Translations under genes and position numbers: made by a program
Shown here: piece by piece, positions 52,128 through 64,000 of the stretch
How positions within the stretch are numbered: the stretch's first letter is position 1
Layout of the letters: the number at the start of each line of letters is the position of its first letter
Source of the DNA: Psilocybe cubensis
Lineage: Eukaryota
Direction: 5' to 3'
Length of the DNA stretch: 64,000 bases
Assembly (NCBI GenBank): GCA_017499595.2
Contig: CM039010.1
Span: 1,984,001 to 2,048,000, forward strand
The notes under the pieces: model-generated
Told to the model about the DNA's origin: nothing
The model's input: the letters and a program-made list of their open reading frames with translations, nothing else
Databases searched by the model: none

Positions 52128-53814
52128 ATGGTATCTTTGACCACTAGTGGAAAGAAGCAACTCGACGACCTTGTTGTAAGTTTATCAGCGACGATCATTT
52201 GGGGGCGATGTACTCACTCCATCCACTTCTTCCCACAGGCCAAAATCATCGAGGAGAAGAAGATACCGGGCTTTGTTTTCGGGGTCACTTCATCTGACGA
52301 AGAGATATACTTTAAGACGGGAGGTTACAGAGTTTTAGATGACCCCGCAAGTGGACCAGTAGTCCCAGACAGCATTTTCTGGTTATGCAGCCAAACGAAA
52401 CTGATCGCCCATGTTAGTCATCTTACCGAATGTCGAGACTAGGATGTCATCGTTTTATCACTAACATCTCCGACTCAGATTGCTGTCCTTCAGCTCATTG
52501 ATCTGGGAAAGCTTTCTTTGGATGACCTTGTGTCGGACTATATACCAGAACTCGCCAACCCAGTGGTTCTAGACGACATCAATGTAGAGAATTCAGGATT
52601 CAAGCCTGCGAAGACGCCAATCCGCATCAAACACGTCTTGAACTTTTCGAGCGGGCTATTCTACATCCCTAGAGTAGGGAATCCTACGCATCTATCTGGC
52701 CCGTATTCTAGCAAGCCTCATAATCAAGACAACCCCATTGGACATTTCCTTTCTCTCATTAAAGTATATTCAATCCCTTGGTTCTTGTACTGCCACAGAA
52801 TTGATGATTTCGGTGCTAGGGTGATTTGCCTGGTATCCCTCTGGCTTTCGAACCTGGCGAGAGCTGTATGTCAAAATTCACTATCTTACACAATGCAAAA
52901 CACTAACAGGCTGGCAGGGATATATGGTTGGGGCTCGGATATAGCAGGATTCGTTGTAGAAAAGGTCACTGGGAAATCCTTGGAACAATACCTGTACGTA
53001 TCAGCCCTTGCTCGTCTTAGCGTTTACTTATTCGATTGCACCAGCCAAGACAACGTATTCAAGCCATTAGATATAAATGCGTCATTTTATCTCACACCAG
53101 ACCTTAAAGATAAGCTGGTCGAACTTTGTTACAGACGAGATGGAAACCTAGAGCCCGGCTCCAAACAAACCGAAGAGGTTGTTATTGAGCGCGATCCAGC
53201 GAAATGTAAGTTATTGTTCTTTGTTCATCGCGTGTGTATAATCCCTCTCACCGCTTTTATCTCAGTAAAGTTGCACCTTGGAGGAGTTGGTTTGTATTCG
53301 TCACTTCAGGGATATCTCAATCTTTTGAGACATCTCTTACAAATTAAAGGTGTGTATGTCACATAATAAATTTACCTGTTGTCATTTTAATGGATCCCCC
53401 AAAGCTGGTAGCGCCCAAAATCCGATATTGAGCAAGAAATCCGTCGACTCTCTCTTCGAGGGGGCGTTGACCGAAGCTGGGGCTAAGAATATAACCTGGC
53501 TCTCGTCTGCTGTAGATCCTACTGTGCCAGCTACTCCCATTCAGTGGAGCACTGGGCTGGCAGTCTGTGAAGCTGATTGGCCAGGAAAGCGTAAAAAAGG
53601 CTCTGCTTACTGTGAGTATCACAACATTTTCACTTTTGACTCGTCTCAAGATTTATTTTCAGGGGGAGGATGGGCCAACCTTAGCTACTTCATAGACCCC
53701 ACTACAGGAGTCGCTGTAGTCTTCGCCACACAGCTTGTCCCTCCATTCGACCCTCATGTACAAAAGTATTACGCAGAGCTGGAGAAAACCCTCTACCTAG
53801 CACTCGGAAATTAA
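52128..53814 (+). CDS. Beta-lactamase-fold protein, copy E
   Basis: FWLCSQTK; HVLNFSSGL; IYGWGSD; HLGGVGLY; GWANLSYFIDPTTG; TATA-like GATATAAAG near 52053. Confidence 0.87.
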
Positions 53815-54328
53815 GGGACATGGATGATATTATTGGAGGTCTGACACAGTTGATACAATATCAGGGTCAGAAATTTAAACCCCATCTCTTTATGTATAAT
53901 TCAAGTTCCCAAATCAGTCTACTTATGTAGCTGTACAATCTCCACTCGCAATGATACAGAAATTGTGTATATCGTACAAGAGTGCCCGAATATTTAGCAA
54001 GTTACGGCACGGCGCTTGCTCTAACTGACGACCATCAAGGGATAGGTTGGCTGCTAAAAGTCGAAGTTTTGCTTCTTCGATTACAGTAATCCGTCAAAGT
54101 ATTACTATAATTTTAATGCTGTGTGGAATGATGGATTTATTTATGGCTTTCGCTTTTATTGTCCAAAAAGAGATCTCAAAAACTTAAGCGCCCAGTGTTC
54201 CACTCAGAAATTGTCGTTATCATTTTTTATATTTACAAATTGCAGATCATTATAGAAGACTATTTAATGGCGGCCCTGCTCTTTTACCATAGACCTTTGC
54301 CATATTTTCAAGGGCGCTCACCCAAGAT

Positions 54329-56020
54329 CTAGAGGCACTGGCTGTAGTATGGGTTGGAGACCTTGCAAGAAGATCCCGAAGCGCAGGCAGTGGGGCCAGT
54401 CCAGCCTTGGCCACCGCTGTAGAAGAAATGATGAGCTATGTAATTGACCTGATGAGATAAAGTTACTTACCATTGACCGTACTTGGTCTGGGTAGCAGCG
54501 GGAGCGGGAGTGGTGGTGGTTCCAACGGGCCTGGTGGTGCTGGTGCCAGCAGGAGCACTGGTGGATCCTCCGCCAGTGGAAGAGCTGCCGGAGAAGGTCG
54601 ATCCGATGTCACCGAAGCGGATGTTGGAGAAAGTGACGGAAGAGTTGGCCTCGGAGCTCTCAATGTCAGTGGGGACACCAGAAGTGGTGGGGCAGGATCC
54701 ACGGGCAACACCGGGCGCGGAGGGGTCAGCGGTGGTGGGGTAGTCACTGTCGAGCCAGAGCATGTTGACCGCGTGGTCATCCCAAACGGAGAGGACGAGA
54801 ACCATTCCGGTAGCCATACCCTTGCCAATGCCGGCAAGTCCACCCTTGTCCTGGAAGCTGGTGGTGTCGCCGAAAGCAGCCTTCTGGTCGTCGCAGAACT
54901 GCTCGGTGATAGAGTTGTAGCTGGAGGACATTCCTGGAACGTTGACGTTGGAGTTCTGGATGACCTGGCCGTTCTGGACGTAGATGCGGCGGATCTCCTT
55001 GAGGTTACCGTTGGCGGTACCGTCGTCGGTGATGAATTGGGTGACAACGGTGAACTTCTTGGTGGTGTCGACGGTCTTGCCCTGACCGTAGAAGTTGGGG
55101 GCGCCCATGCGGTAGGAGTTGAAGTCACAACCGTCGGGGTCGCAGACACTGCCGTAGCGGTCGTCGCTTCCACCGCAAGCGTCACCTTCGCAGCGAGATT
55201 GAGCACCAGTGGTGCATGGGTGAGGAGTGAAGGCAGCAGCGTTGTTGTTGGCTTCCCAGATATCCATCTCGTTACAGCAGGTACCGTATTGACCGGTTCC
55301 AGCGTTCACGTCAGAGGAGGAAGGAGTCCATCCGACAGAGTTGGCCTGTAAAATAGTAGTGTGAGGACTGGACGAGATACGGTCGCTAATTAATTATGCA
55401 CGTACAACACCGTTAATGAACTTGATGTCACGGGGGCACTGAGAGTCGCAGTATCCAGTTCCGTACTTAGCGCCGGCCTTGTTTGTGGGGTACTTGGCCA
55501 TACCACCATCAGCGTCCATTTGAGAGAAGTAGAGGGCACCGTTGAGACCGCAGGGAAGGTTGGAAACGTCAACGTCGAAGGTGAACTCCTGGTTGAGGAG
55601 CTTGAACATCTGGTAAGAGGTGTCACTGGCCATCAAGTAGACACGGGAACCGATGTTCTTCTGGGCAGAGCTGGTGACGAATTTGAGAGTAAGGGCGTTA
55701 CCGCTGGTGGTGATACCGTAAGTTCCAGAGTAGTCAGCACCGTCGAGAGCGCAGTTGGCAGCGCAAGTGGTACCATCAGGGCAAAGAGTCGCGTCCCAGG
55801 TGTTGCCAGTGTAGCAGTTGGTGGTGTCCTTGGTGCTGTGGAGCCAGCGCCAGTTGGAGTCGAGGACGACCTTACCGGAAGACTGAGTTACGCAACCACC
55901 GCTGGTTGTGCACTTTTGCCAGGGGAGAGCTGGGTGAGTCTCCGTGGTGAGGGTGCCGACCTGCTGACCACATGCCATGGCGATGAGAGAGAAAGCGACG
56001 AGAGCGGCTTTGTTGAACAT
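54329..56020 (-). CDS. cbh1: GH7 cellobiohydrolase I with Ser/Thr linker and C-terminal CBM1
   Basis: Signal peptide [33 protein letters not shown]; catalytic [25 protein letters not shown]...YYSQCL; two introns. Confidence 0.97.
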
Positions 56021-59000
56021 TTTGGATTTCCGAATGCCTGTTAACCTGAAGGTAGTAGACCGGTGCAGTTGTGGAACTGATGAGGATATTGGAACATTTG
56101 AGGTAGCTTTTATACAAGAAACAGACGGCGAATATCCGGTATAGTTGAAATATGATATCAGAGAAACGCAGGAACAAAATAGACTGATATCGTTGGAGAC
56201 ACAGGGTTGGAATCTCTTCGGAAAGGACAACAAAGCACAGTAGAATACGCACGCCACTTTGAAAAGGTCACGATGCTACTGAACTCCCCTGAACAACAGG
56301 GTGTTATTGCCACGAAGTAAGGGTAGAGCGTCACTGAGACACAGCTGTTGTGATACCTAGATTAGACTGTCAGAACCGGTCATAATGGAAGATCTAACTG
56401 GTTTCTCTGAGACGGAGAAATCTCTAATGGCAGCCGAAGTAAATGCGGAAAGTCAAAAACGAGAATCATGTTTGTCTCGGAACATAGGCAAAGCAGATGC
56501 ATGGCAGACCGTTTAGAGGAAAGCCTCAACCGACTTGCGTAGAGTCGAACGTTGAAATTTGAACGCGCTTAAGGTCTGACGACCCTGTAAGTATTCTGTG
56601 CTGCCCTGTACAGGTCGTGGTGAGATGGAAGCATATGTAAACTCAAAACGCCAGTCAACTCCTATCACCGTAGTTCCGATCATGCTTCGCAGCAGTTTAT
56701 ATTTAGAACTTGAAGAAAGCACGTGAGTTTATTTCGGGACCGCCGACATGCCGTGTCTATTTTTATCTTTCGGCCTCCGCCACGTACATTGGCAATTCAC
56801 ACGACGGCGGCTTGCCGTTAAATACGTCCGTGTTTTGCCGGCATTTTTTATGATGTTTTGGAGGGCGTAGTAATTAGGATATCTGTCAAGTTTCTCTGTA
56901 TCATATTTCGGACTGTCACACTGATCCAGTCGACCGAGAAACAGTCTTCTACATCTCCAGTATACTTTTTATGGAAACAAAAAACTGTAATACCAAGTCA
57001 ATCTGCGTGACGGTCCACTAAGAGTGACGCTGAAAAACTTGACAGATACTTTATTCCAGCCAGAACACCAAGGAACGCCGACAAAACACGGACCTGAATT
57101 TGAGCACTTGACAGCTGGATGCCGGTCGCCATACGTCACACGATAGGCCAGCTGTTTCACAAACATAACACAGTACTACTTCAAAAAGTTATTACTAACT
57201 TAAAAACCATTTTTACTGGACATACTTTCCACAGATTGGTACGACTAGCCCTTTTGTTCTACTCGTGCCAATCCTTCGTGCAGCGGTACCATAGAAATGA
57301 TATTGAATATCCGGATATTATCCTTGCGATTCATCTGAGCATCTCCAGCTGATTGATTGCTTGAATCACACCTGGTGCAAGTGGCCACTCTTCGGTAGTT
57401 TTTGCCAACAAAACCGCCTGGCTAAAAATAAACGAAGAATGTGACTATCCTTATGTCATAGGCATCTAATGTCTGTTCGGAAAAATTGAGTAAAGTCAGT
57501 CGTCAAGCTTGCTGAGCAAAAAGGTAGTGACAATAGACTTAATGACGGACTGAATTATATTAAAAGTTAAATATACAGAACATGTTGGAGAGGGTAGTGG
57601 ACCTACAACAAGGACAAGACATAATGGGCAGGAATATAATACAAAATACGATTTTACTACCCCCGTCAACAACGGGTAGGTATGCAAAATTCAACACCTT
57701 AGTCAAGAGGAAATTTACACGCCCATTTTTCTCATACGATCGGCTTCCGTAAATGCATGCGACGGAGCGTCAATGTTTAGTCGGTCTTCGGAGGTCTTAC
57801 AACACAGGCACACAATATTTACGACCCTCTTAACCACAAAGGAGACACCTACACTGTCCACTGAGGCGCTAAAAGTATACGATGACATGGCAAAACATCG
57901 ACTATTACTGAGCAGAAGGATATTTCGGTATAGGTATACTGGTAACATAGGTCATCAAGGCTAGCATTCGCTGTAAGCTGTGGGTCGTCGCTTAGATAGC
58001 TTACCACCACTACAGATACCACAACACGTTGCAACGGCACATCTTCACAGCACACTGTATTATGTGGACCAACCATTTAGCACGCCCAGTCATTATGACC
58101 CAATACAATGGATCGCAGCCTGCGGTGTGCAGGAGACCTCGATACAATACTTCCTCGGGTAGGCCGTGGAAAAAGGAAACTAAATCAACATAAACACCTA
58201 TTCTCTTAGCGCACCTCATTTTGACCATTCTCATTGTTGATTACATTCGACTGAGATACAGCGAACTGCTCCTAAACCTTTCTGGAATGTGAGTACACAA
58301 TATCCACATTCGTCCATCCGTACGATATTCACGGCCTTCCGCCTCGACGCGGGTGACGGTGGTCGTCAGTCTTCCGCGGAGCTAGTCGATATTTTGGGAG
58401 ATGATCAGAGCTCGAAAGGTGCTGTGAGTTGTAATAAGAATAGGAATGAGCCATGTTTTCAAACTTGATGAAGATCGCATCGTTATTAATGGTTTCGAAG
58501 ATCGCCAAGCAAACACTGTTCTTTCATTCCCTCGACGTTTATTCGATTTCATGGATAAACCTAGCCACTGCTATTTCCCCAGGATTCCCCGGGGAGCATC
58601 CAAGCGCACGCAAGTCTGTTCTACTACTAGTGTTATCTGCGTCAGATTTGATATACATAACCACAGAATGCCAGCGTCGCACGAGCCAACGAGAAGGTCA
58701 TATTTTAGAAATCGGCCTCGATTGCTGCGCACCCAAAGTACAGTCATTTGTACCGACGGCCCTTCGCCAGCTGGAGCACCCAGCGTCATATGAAATAATA
58801 GTCAAGGCTCCCTCGACATCAATGTACCCTGTGAACGTTTGCAAAATGAAATGATTGCACTTAGCCGCTCTTCTTACCGAGGATTATACCGTTCCTGTGA
58901 AATATGCCAGCGGAGAAATTGGCTGGAGTAACAGAGTAGTTTACAACAAAGTTTGAGAACTGCGGGGTAACTTGTTGGCAAGGTGGATTGTGATCATCCG

Positions 59001-59366
59001 AATGTATTTATAGATTGAGCTCTCCAGGAGGCTGATCACTTGCACTGGAAGGCGGACTATTATGCCGATTACCGACTTCTCATCGACAATAGTCGAGGGA
59101 GTCGTGCGCACGGAAAAAGCTCGAGCCTAGGAGGTGAAGAAATGTTTTGATTTCCATTTCGAAATTCATTCATGATAATGAAGTAGAGAGCAGCATTGAT
59201 ACGAATTAGAACCGATGTCGGGGAACAGTTCAAACACCTTGGAGAGGTTGGCTTGCAACTACATATTACGGAAAAGACAAAAATAAGTCCAGAAATCCGA
59301 TCTGTAACATAGTCCATTATCCTTCAGAGCGACACTAATACTGCATTTCTCTTATCCATACCACAA

Positions 59367-59863
59367 TTACTCCTCCTTTACCAATTCGTGGACGATGTCG
59401 ACAGCTCTCTTGAACTTCGCCTTCTCCTCATCGGTGGCCTGTACAGAGCTGGTTCCGCCTCCACAACCTTGAGGGCCTCCATTACACCACTCGAGGTCCG
59501 CGCTTCCAAAAGCAATACTGGTATCGAGACCGTAGATATCTTCACTCCCTGGGGGCGATTCGGTGGGTAACGTCTTCAGAATACCATAAAGTTCTTCTAC
59601 AAGGTCAACAATGTGTTGCTGTTTCGAGTTGATTTGTTTGGGAGCAATCTCCTGCAGGCTGGGAGTTCCGGCCGGTCTGATAGCTGCAGTGATATTGAGG
59701 GTATCGCTGTTCTGGGGTTGGGTGACGGTGAAGATGGCATTAGGGGTCGGGGGTGCGAAGCCTCCCGTAATTCCTATATTTTGTTCACCATGAAATCCTG
59801 CATCTATGTACAAGATTCATCCATACCGCTCTGGAGCCTCAAGGAATACTCTCCGACTGGCAT
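59367..59863 (-). CDS. Fungal hypothetical protein (2 exons)
   Basis: MPVGEYSLRLQS|GITGGFAPPTP...LPTESPPGSEDIYGLDTSI...WCNGGPQGC; clean GT-AG intron. Confidence 0.75.
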
Positions 59864-60037
59864 TCTGGTTGTCGTGGTTAGTGATTGAGAGGCGGAGATG
59901 GCTGGAAAGGCTAGATAACGATCCATCAATTTCGGACCTAAATTGGGGTTAAGGTTTCCTGACGTCATACTGCGCCTTTCTCCCACTGACATATAAACCA
60001 GTGCAGCAGCTCTCCGCATTTCTTTCCAACCACAAAC

Positions 60038-60338
60038 ATGTCGTCTACTGTCACTTACTTTGGAGAGTCTATGCCTGCGTACCCGAAGCAAACACACTCA
60101 CCAACCACGAGAAAACATCTCGTCGCTGAGCAACCTGCTCCTTCCAAAACGATGTCTGTCTCTCCACCCCAAAATAAAGGAGAACCAAAACAACCAGCAG
60201 CGCGACCGAGAGGAGGATGTGTTCCATGTCCTGTAAGAGATTTCTTTTGATATTTTTTCAATGCTTGTTGCTTATTTCTTGTTGTTCTTGTAGAATGGGG
60301 GCTGCTGCTATATAATACCAATACCATGCTGCTGTTAA
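60038..60338 (+). CDS. 79-aa protein with RPRGG motif and Cys-rich C-terminal tail (CYSTM-like)
   Basis: Exons 60038-60232 and 60294-60338 (GTAAGA...TTGTAG intron) give ...AARPRGGCVPCP|NGGCCYIIPIPCCC*; ATATAAA at about 59991. Confidence 0.75.
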
Positions 60339-62413
60339 GTTTCAGCGGCAGCGAGTTCCCTCAAGCTTAGCATGATTTCCAATGACGTAGAAGATTGTGG
60401 CGTTTTCGTTCGGCGTCGTATAAGGAGTTGGAGGTGTAAATTTAGATTGGTGCTGAGCTATCCAGCGAGATTTTCGGTTTCGAACAATATCAAGACCATG
60501 TACTAGTATTACCCATACCGTTTCTTTATTACCAGTTATACACAAACCTGATGTACGAAGAGTTATTTCATGAAGTCAAAATAACATGTACTTTCACTCA
60601 CCCATTAAGTTCGGCGTCGTTTAAATGTACCACAGTCGTCAATACAAATGCCAAGAAATCTTAACGTAGTAGTTTGAAGCAAGTCCTTGGGAATAAACAG
60701 ACCTTATGCGGCGAAAACTAGCAATCGGCAGGGAAGCTCGCAGTGTAATGGTTGACATCACAGGCTCACGATTGTCGTCTTTAATTGTTGAACATTTTTA
60801 GTGCAACCAATTTGCGCTCATGCGCAGGATTGTTTATGACGGCCGAACAGAAGTAATCGATCGCCTGAGAATGTGAAGGATGATAGTGGCCTGAAAATCT
60901 CGGTTCGAAGAGATACAGCGCCTAATGACAACACTAGACGTTTTTTCCTTTGGGTGGGGAGGAAGAAGGGCGATCAAAGAAGGAAAAATGAACGGCATTC
61001 CAGAGGAACGAGCGTGGATATCTGACCAGAGTTAAGGTAAGCAGTACAACACCCCAGAAAATTTTACCCTAGGAAGAACATGCAGTCTAGCCTATCCGAT
61101 TTGAAGAAAGTTGTTGGTTTTAATTGCTAACTTGTATGAAGAGAGTAGAACTTTCGCACCTAAGCACCCCCGAAGCCCATGAGCACCGAGTACCCAGTAC
61201 TGGCAAGTTAGGAAAAGTGAGACAACGGGAAATTTCAGTCTGACGATCCATTCGACCCTTCTGAATCTTCAGGAAAATCACCTAAATTCCCGAGTCATCT
61301 GTACAGTATGCTGGCCCCTCAACGGACCCTGTCGCTCTTCTAGCTTGACGAATTATTCGTCTTTCCATGAATTTTTCGGTTGCACGACTTGGAACATGTT
61401 CAGGGTAGAAAAATTTGAACATAACCACGCCAGAGAAACGGAACCGAAAGACAGTGACGACAGCGTCGCGTCGGCGCCAGACGCGTCCCAAAAATCCAAA
61501 AATTCAACCACGATGGTGGAAAAAAAAGTAAATCAAAAGGAAGGTGAGCGTGGGTAACCCACGAAGTCCCCGTCGGCCAGAGTGGGAGTTGTGACACAAG
61601 CATCACCAAACTTTGCTCTTTTACACCTTTGACCCTCTATACCACCCTTTTTTCTCTCATTGCAACGATTTGACAATGACTCGGAGAACGAGATAGATTG
61701 CGACGAGATTCTGCAGACTCAAACCGAACACCGGGATACACATTACCTGTGGGAGGCGCTGTACTTTTGACTTTGAGATGCGCCATGATCTGCAGATGTC
61801 GCCAACGATCGCAAACTGATCCCCAGGGATCCTCAGAGGACACATAACACGTTGGAGCAGTCTAACATTCGTTTCTATGTGGTAAAATGTATCAGCTTTG
61901 GCCGTGACACCCGAGCTTTACACGTCCAAGTCATCCACATTTGTCGATTCTCAGAAAGACCAAAGGAAGCAAGGAATGACGGTGATCATTTTTGAACATC
62001 GTACGACTGGCCCAGCAATTACCGCCGAAGATAACGCGCATACATGTGCCAGATGAAAAGCGTTGCACATAATGGAAGGCACAGTGATGTTGGATGGTTG
62101 TTCCTTTCCCTTGCTCTTCACCCTCTCGATTTGACGATGATGGCAAGGTGATTCTCGATCGGAGCAGCCACATTGTGGCCCGTGGATCCTTCAGAGATTC
62201 CATGACCTAGCTTTGCCTCTGATCTACTGACTCTTTTTGGCAGCGAACTGAACTTCACAGTAAAGGCCATCGTGACGCCCTTCATACATTTCCTTGCATG
62301 TTGTAATAGAATCTTGTCCGTAAATTCAATCTGCACGTAACAAGGAACGCTGATAACTAGATGGTCACAACAACGTCAAGATCTTTACTTCATTATCCTT
62401 ACTATACATGAAA

Positions 62414-64000
62414 TTAAACAATACGTCCGCCCTCAGCATTAGCTATCAACATCTGCACCTGTTGGCCATATCTAGCGGTCAACTTCTCGAGCTCTTGGTT
62501 CAGATACTGAAGGGGGTTGGTCACATAAGCCACTGGATCAAACTTCCTGCCAGTATCCGAAGCAGCAAGGCGTGAATAGGCGGCCTGGTAGCCAGCGTTT
62601 TGCTCCTCAAAGTCAATCGCAGTGACAGCTCCGTCATCAGCGCCATCCGGTTTAGTCTCCAGGTGCTGACGTTCACTGAACAATTTTCCGAGGGCAGAGT
62701 ACAAGCCAGACCTGATAAGGTTGTCATAAGTCGAGTTTCAGGCTAAAGATGCACATGCCTTACCATGTGCGGATTGATGGCTCTTGGAGCATAAAGGTGC
62801 TTTCGCAAAGAATTCGAGTGATTCCGACTGCAGCCAATTTCCGCTCTTTATGGGGGAATTTGGGGGCATGAGGAATTATGAAAGTCGTCACAATCTGAGA
62901 CCAGAGGCTGAGGAAATATTAATGTCAATTTTCGTTCATCCAAGGTGGATCGGCCAATAACGTACTTTGGTTGGATCTCTTCAATGACTTTTATGAAGTA
63001 GTCGGGTTCAAGTTCATCTACTTTGACCGCCATAATGTAGAGAATGAACTTGGCCATCAAATACGAGAACGAGTCATTTTTGTTTGCGTGCAGGCGAGTG
63101 AGTAGGCATAGGAAGATCGGCCTCATGTATTGCTGCAGCCAGACCCTACAAGATAGTCAGCATGGTCCGATCCATGAAACAATCGAAGCAATACATACGG
63201 TTTGATATTTACGACTACCGCTTGAAGAAGCTCAATACCCCATACATCGTTTGTTTTGGAAGGAATCAAACGTTGCTGCACGACACCCAGAAGGCCAACG
63301 AGCTGGCCTGTCTGGTACAAGTTGTCTCCATCCTGTTCGAGGAATGCGACCAGCAGGCGGACGAGACCGGGAATGCTGCCCTTTTGTGACCATACCTCGA
63401 CTTTTAGTAGGAATGGGACGAGACTTCGGTAGGCCACTGGGATCTGGCTGCCACGGTGCAGCTCTAGCATTTGAGCAAGAACTTGGAATACATAAGGAAC
63501 GTATTCTGTTGAATTAAAGGAATAAATGAGATGAATAAATTGGGGACTAAAAATAAACTCCGTACGATCAATGTCTTGCTCGATGATGATGATGAAGGGG
63601 CCAAACAAGGATTGCTCAAAGTTCAGCAATGACTCCCGCGATCCAGCAACGACGAATCTGGAGGCGAACCTTTACAAAGAGGCTGAGTTCGTGAATAACA
63701 ATTAGACCAACCTCATGAGACCCGATATGCTCTCAAAGATATATTGATCAAAGTAAGGATTGCTGGGATTTTTGGATATAACGCCCAAGATAGCGACCAG
63801 ACGAGCAAGAATACCCTCATGTCCTGGAATTAAGGTTTGTCTCGCTGTCACAATTATCCGCATGACACCTTTACAAACAAGATCAGTTTAGTTACACGAA
63901 GACATTGAGTTCCTATACACACATTTCATCAAATGATCGTTCTCCGCCACCTTTTCGGCTGTACGGGCGGCTTCAATCTTCGATAGCAGAGCATTGATCA
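62414..64000 (-). CDS. CSE1: Importin-alpha export receptor Cse1/CAS, C-terminal part (continues past the window)
   Basis: AENDHLMK, KNPSNPYFDQYIFESISG, FEQSLF, EYVPYVFQVLAQMLE, IPGLVRLL, GYQAAYSRL. Confidence 0.92.

Noticed and set aside
1..53814. Terpenoid biosynthetic cluster (GGPPS plus LovD-like acyltransferases)
   Set aside because: No terpene cyclase, P450, PKS or NRPS in the window, and the genes are separated by housekeeping genes. Sequence upstream of the window is not visible.
54463..56044. Long alternative-frame and antisense ORFs over cbh1 (for example 54473-55351 +)
   Set aside because: Explained by the strong C-ending codon bias of cbh1; no recognisable protein motifs.
56300..59300. 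Short ORFs (57773, 57980, 58446) and possible cellulase-regulator sites upstream of cbh1
   Set aside because: Could not assemble a credible gene model. A single GGCTAAA-like word is expected by chance and is an ascomycete motif.
60800..62340. Fragmentary ORFs between the Cys-tail gene and CSE1
   Set aside because: Some splice-like signals but no consistent frame or homology evidence.
1..64000. CRISPR arrays, rRNA or tRNA genes
   Set aside because: No regularly spaced repeats or recognisable structural RNA genes were seen; an intron-containing tRNA could be missed by eye.

Overview
Intron-rich eukaryotic DNA from an agaric-type basidiomycete fungus (50-70 nt introns, agaricomycete-style gene families). 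Conserved genes (GGPP synthase, RPL41, Rrn9-like, CDC20, RSC7-like, GH7 cellobiohydrolase, CSE1) are interleaved with tandem paralogue arrays. (1) At 1.9-19.7 kb, four genes share a nuclease-like plus kinase-like architecture and three intron positions. Three copies keep the kinase motifs but have a degenerate nuclease motif; the inverted fourth keeps a PD-(D/E)xK-like motif but has a dead kinase. (2) An intact, recent Ty3/gypsy chromovirus sits inside that array, with identical 315-bp LTRs, a TAATG target-site duplication, a candidate self-priming PBS and a candidate -1 frameshift. (3) A head-to-head pair of an AbiEii-like nucleotidyltransferase, whose DID motif appears to need an AT-AC intron, and a degenerate NTase-like gene. 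(4) Five beta-lactamase-fold (LovD/EstB-like) genes, one lacking both catalytic residues. (5) Five DUF6533-like membrane-protein genes. (6) A small spliced ORF with an RxRGG motif and a 7-Cys tail. Family assignments come from motif recognition by eye, with no database searches, and exon boundaries were inferred manually.
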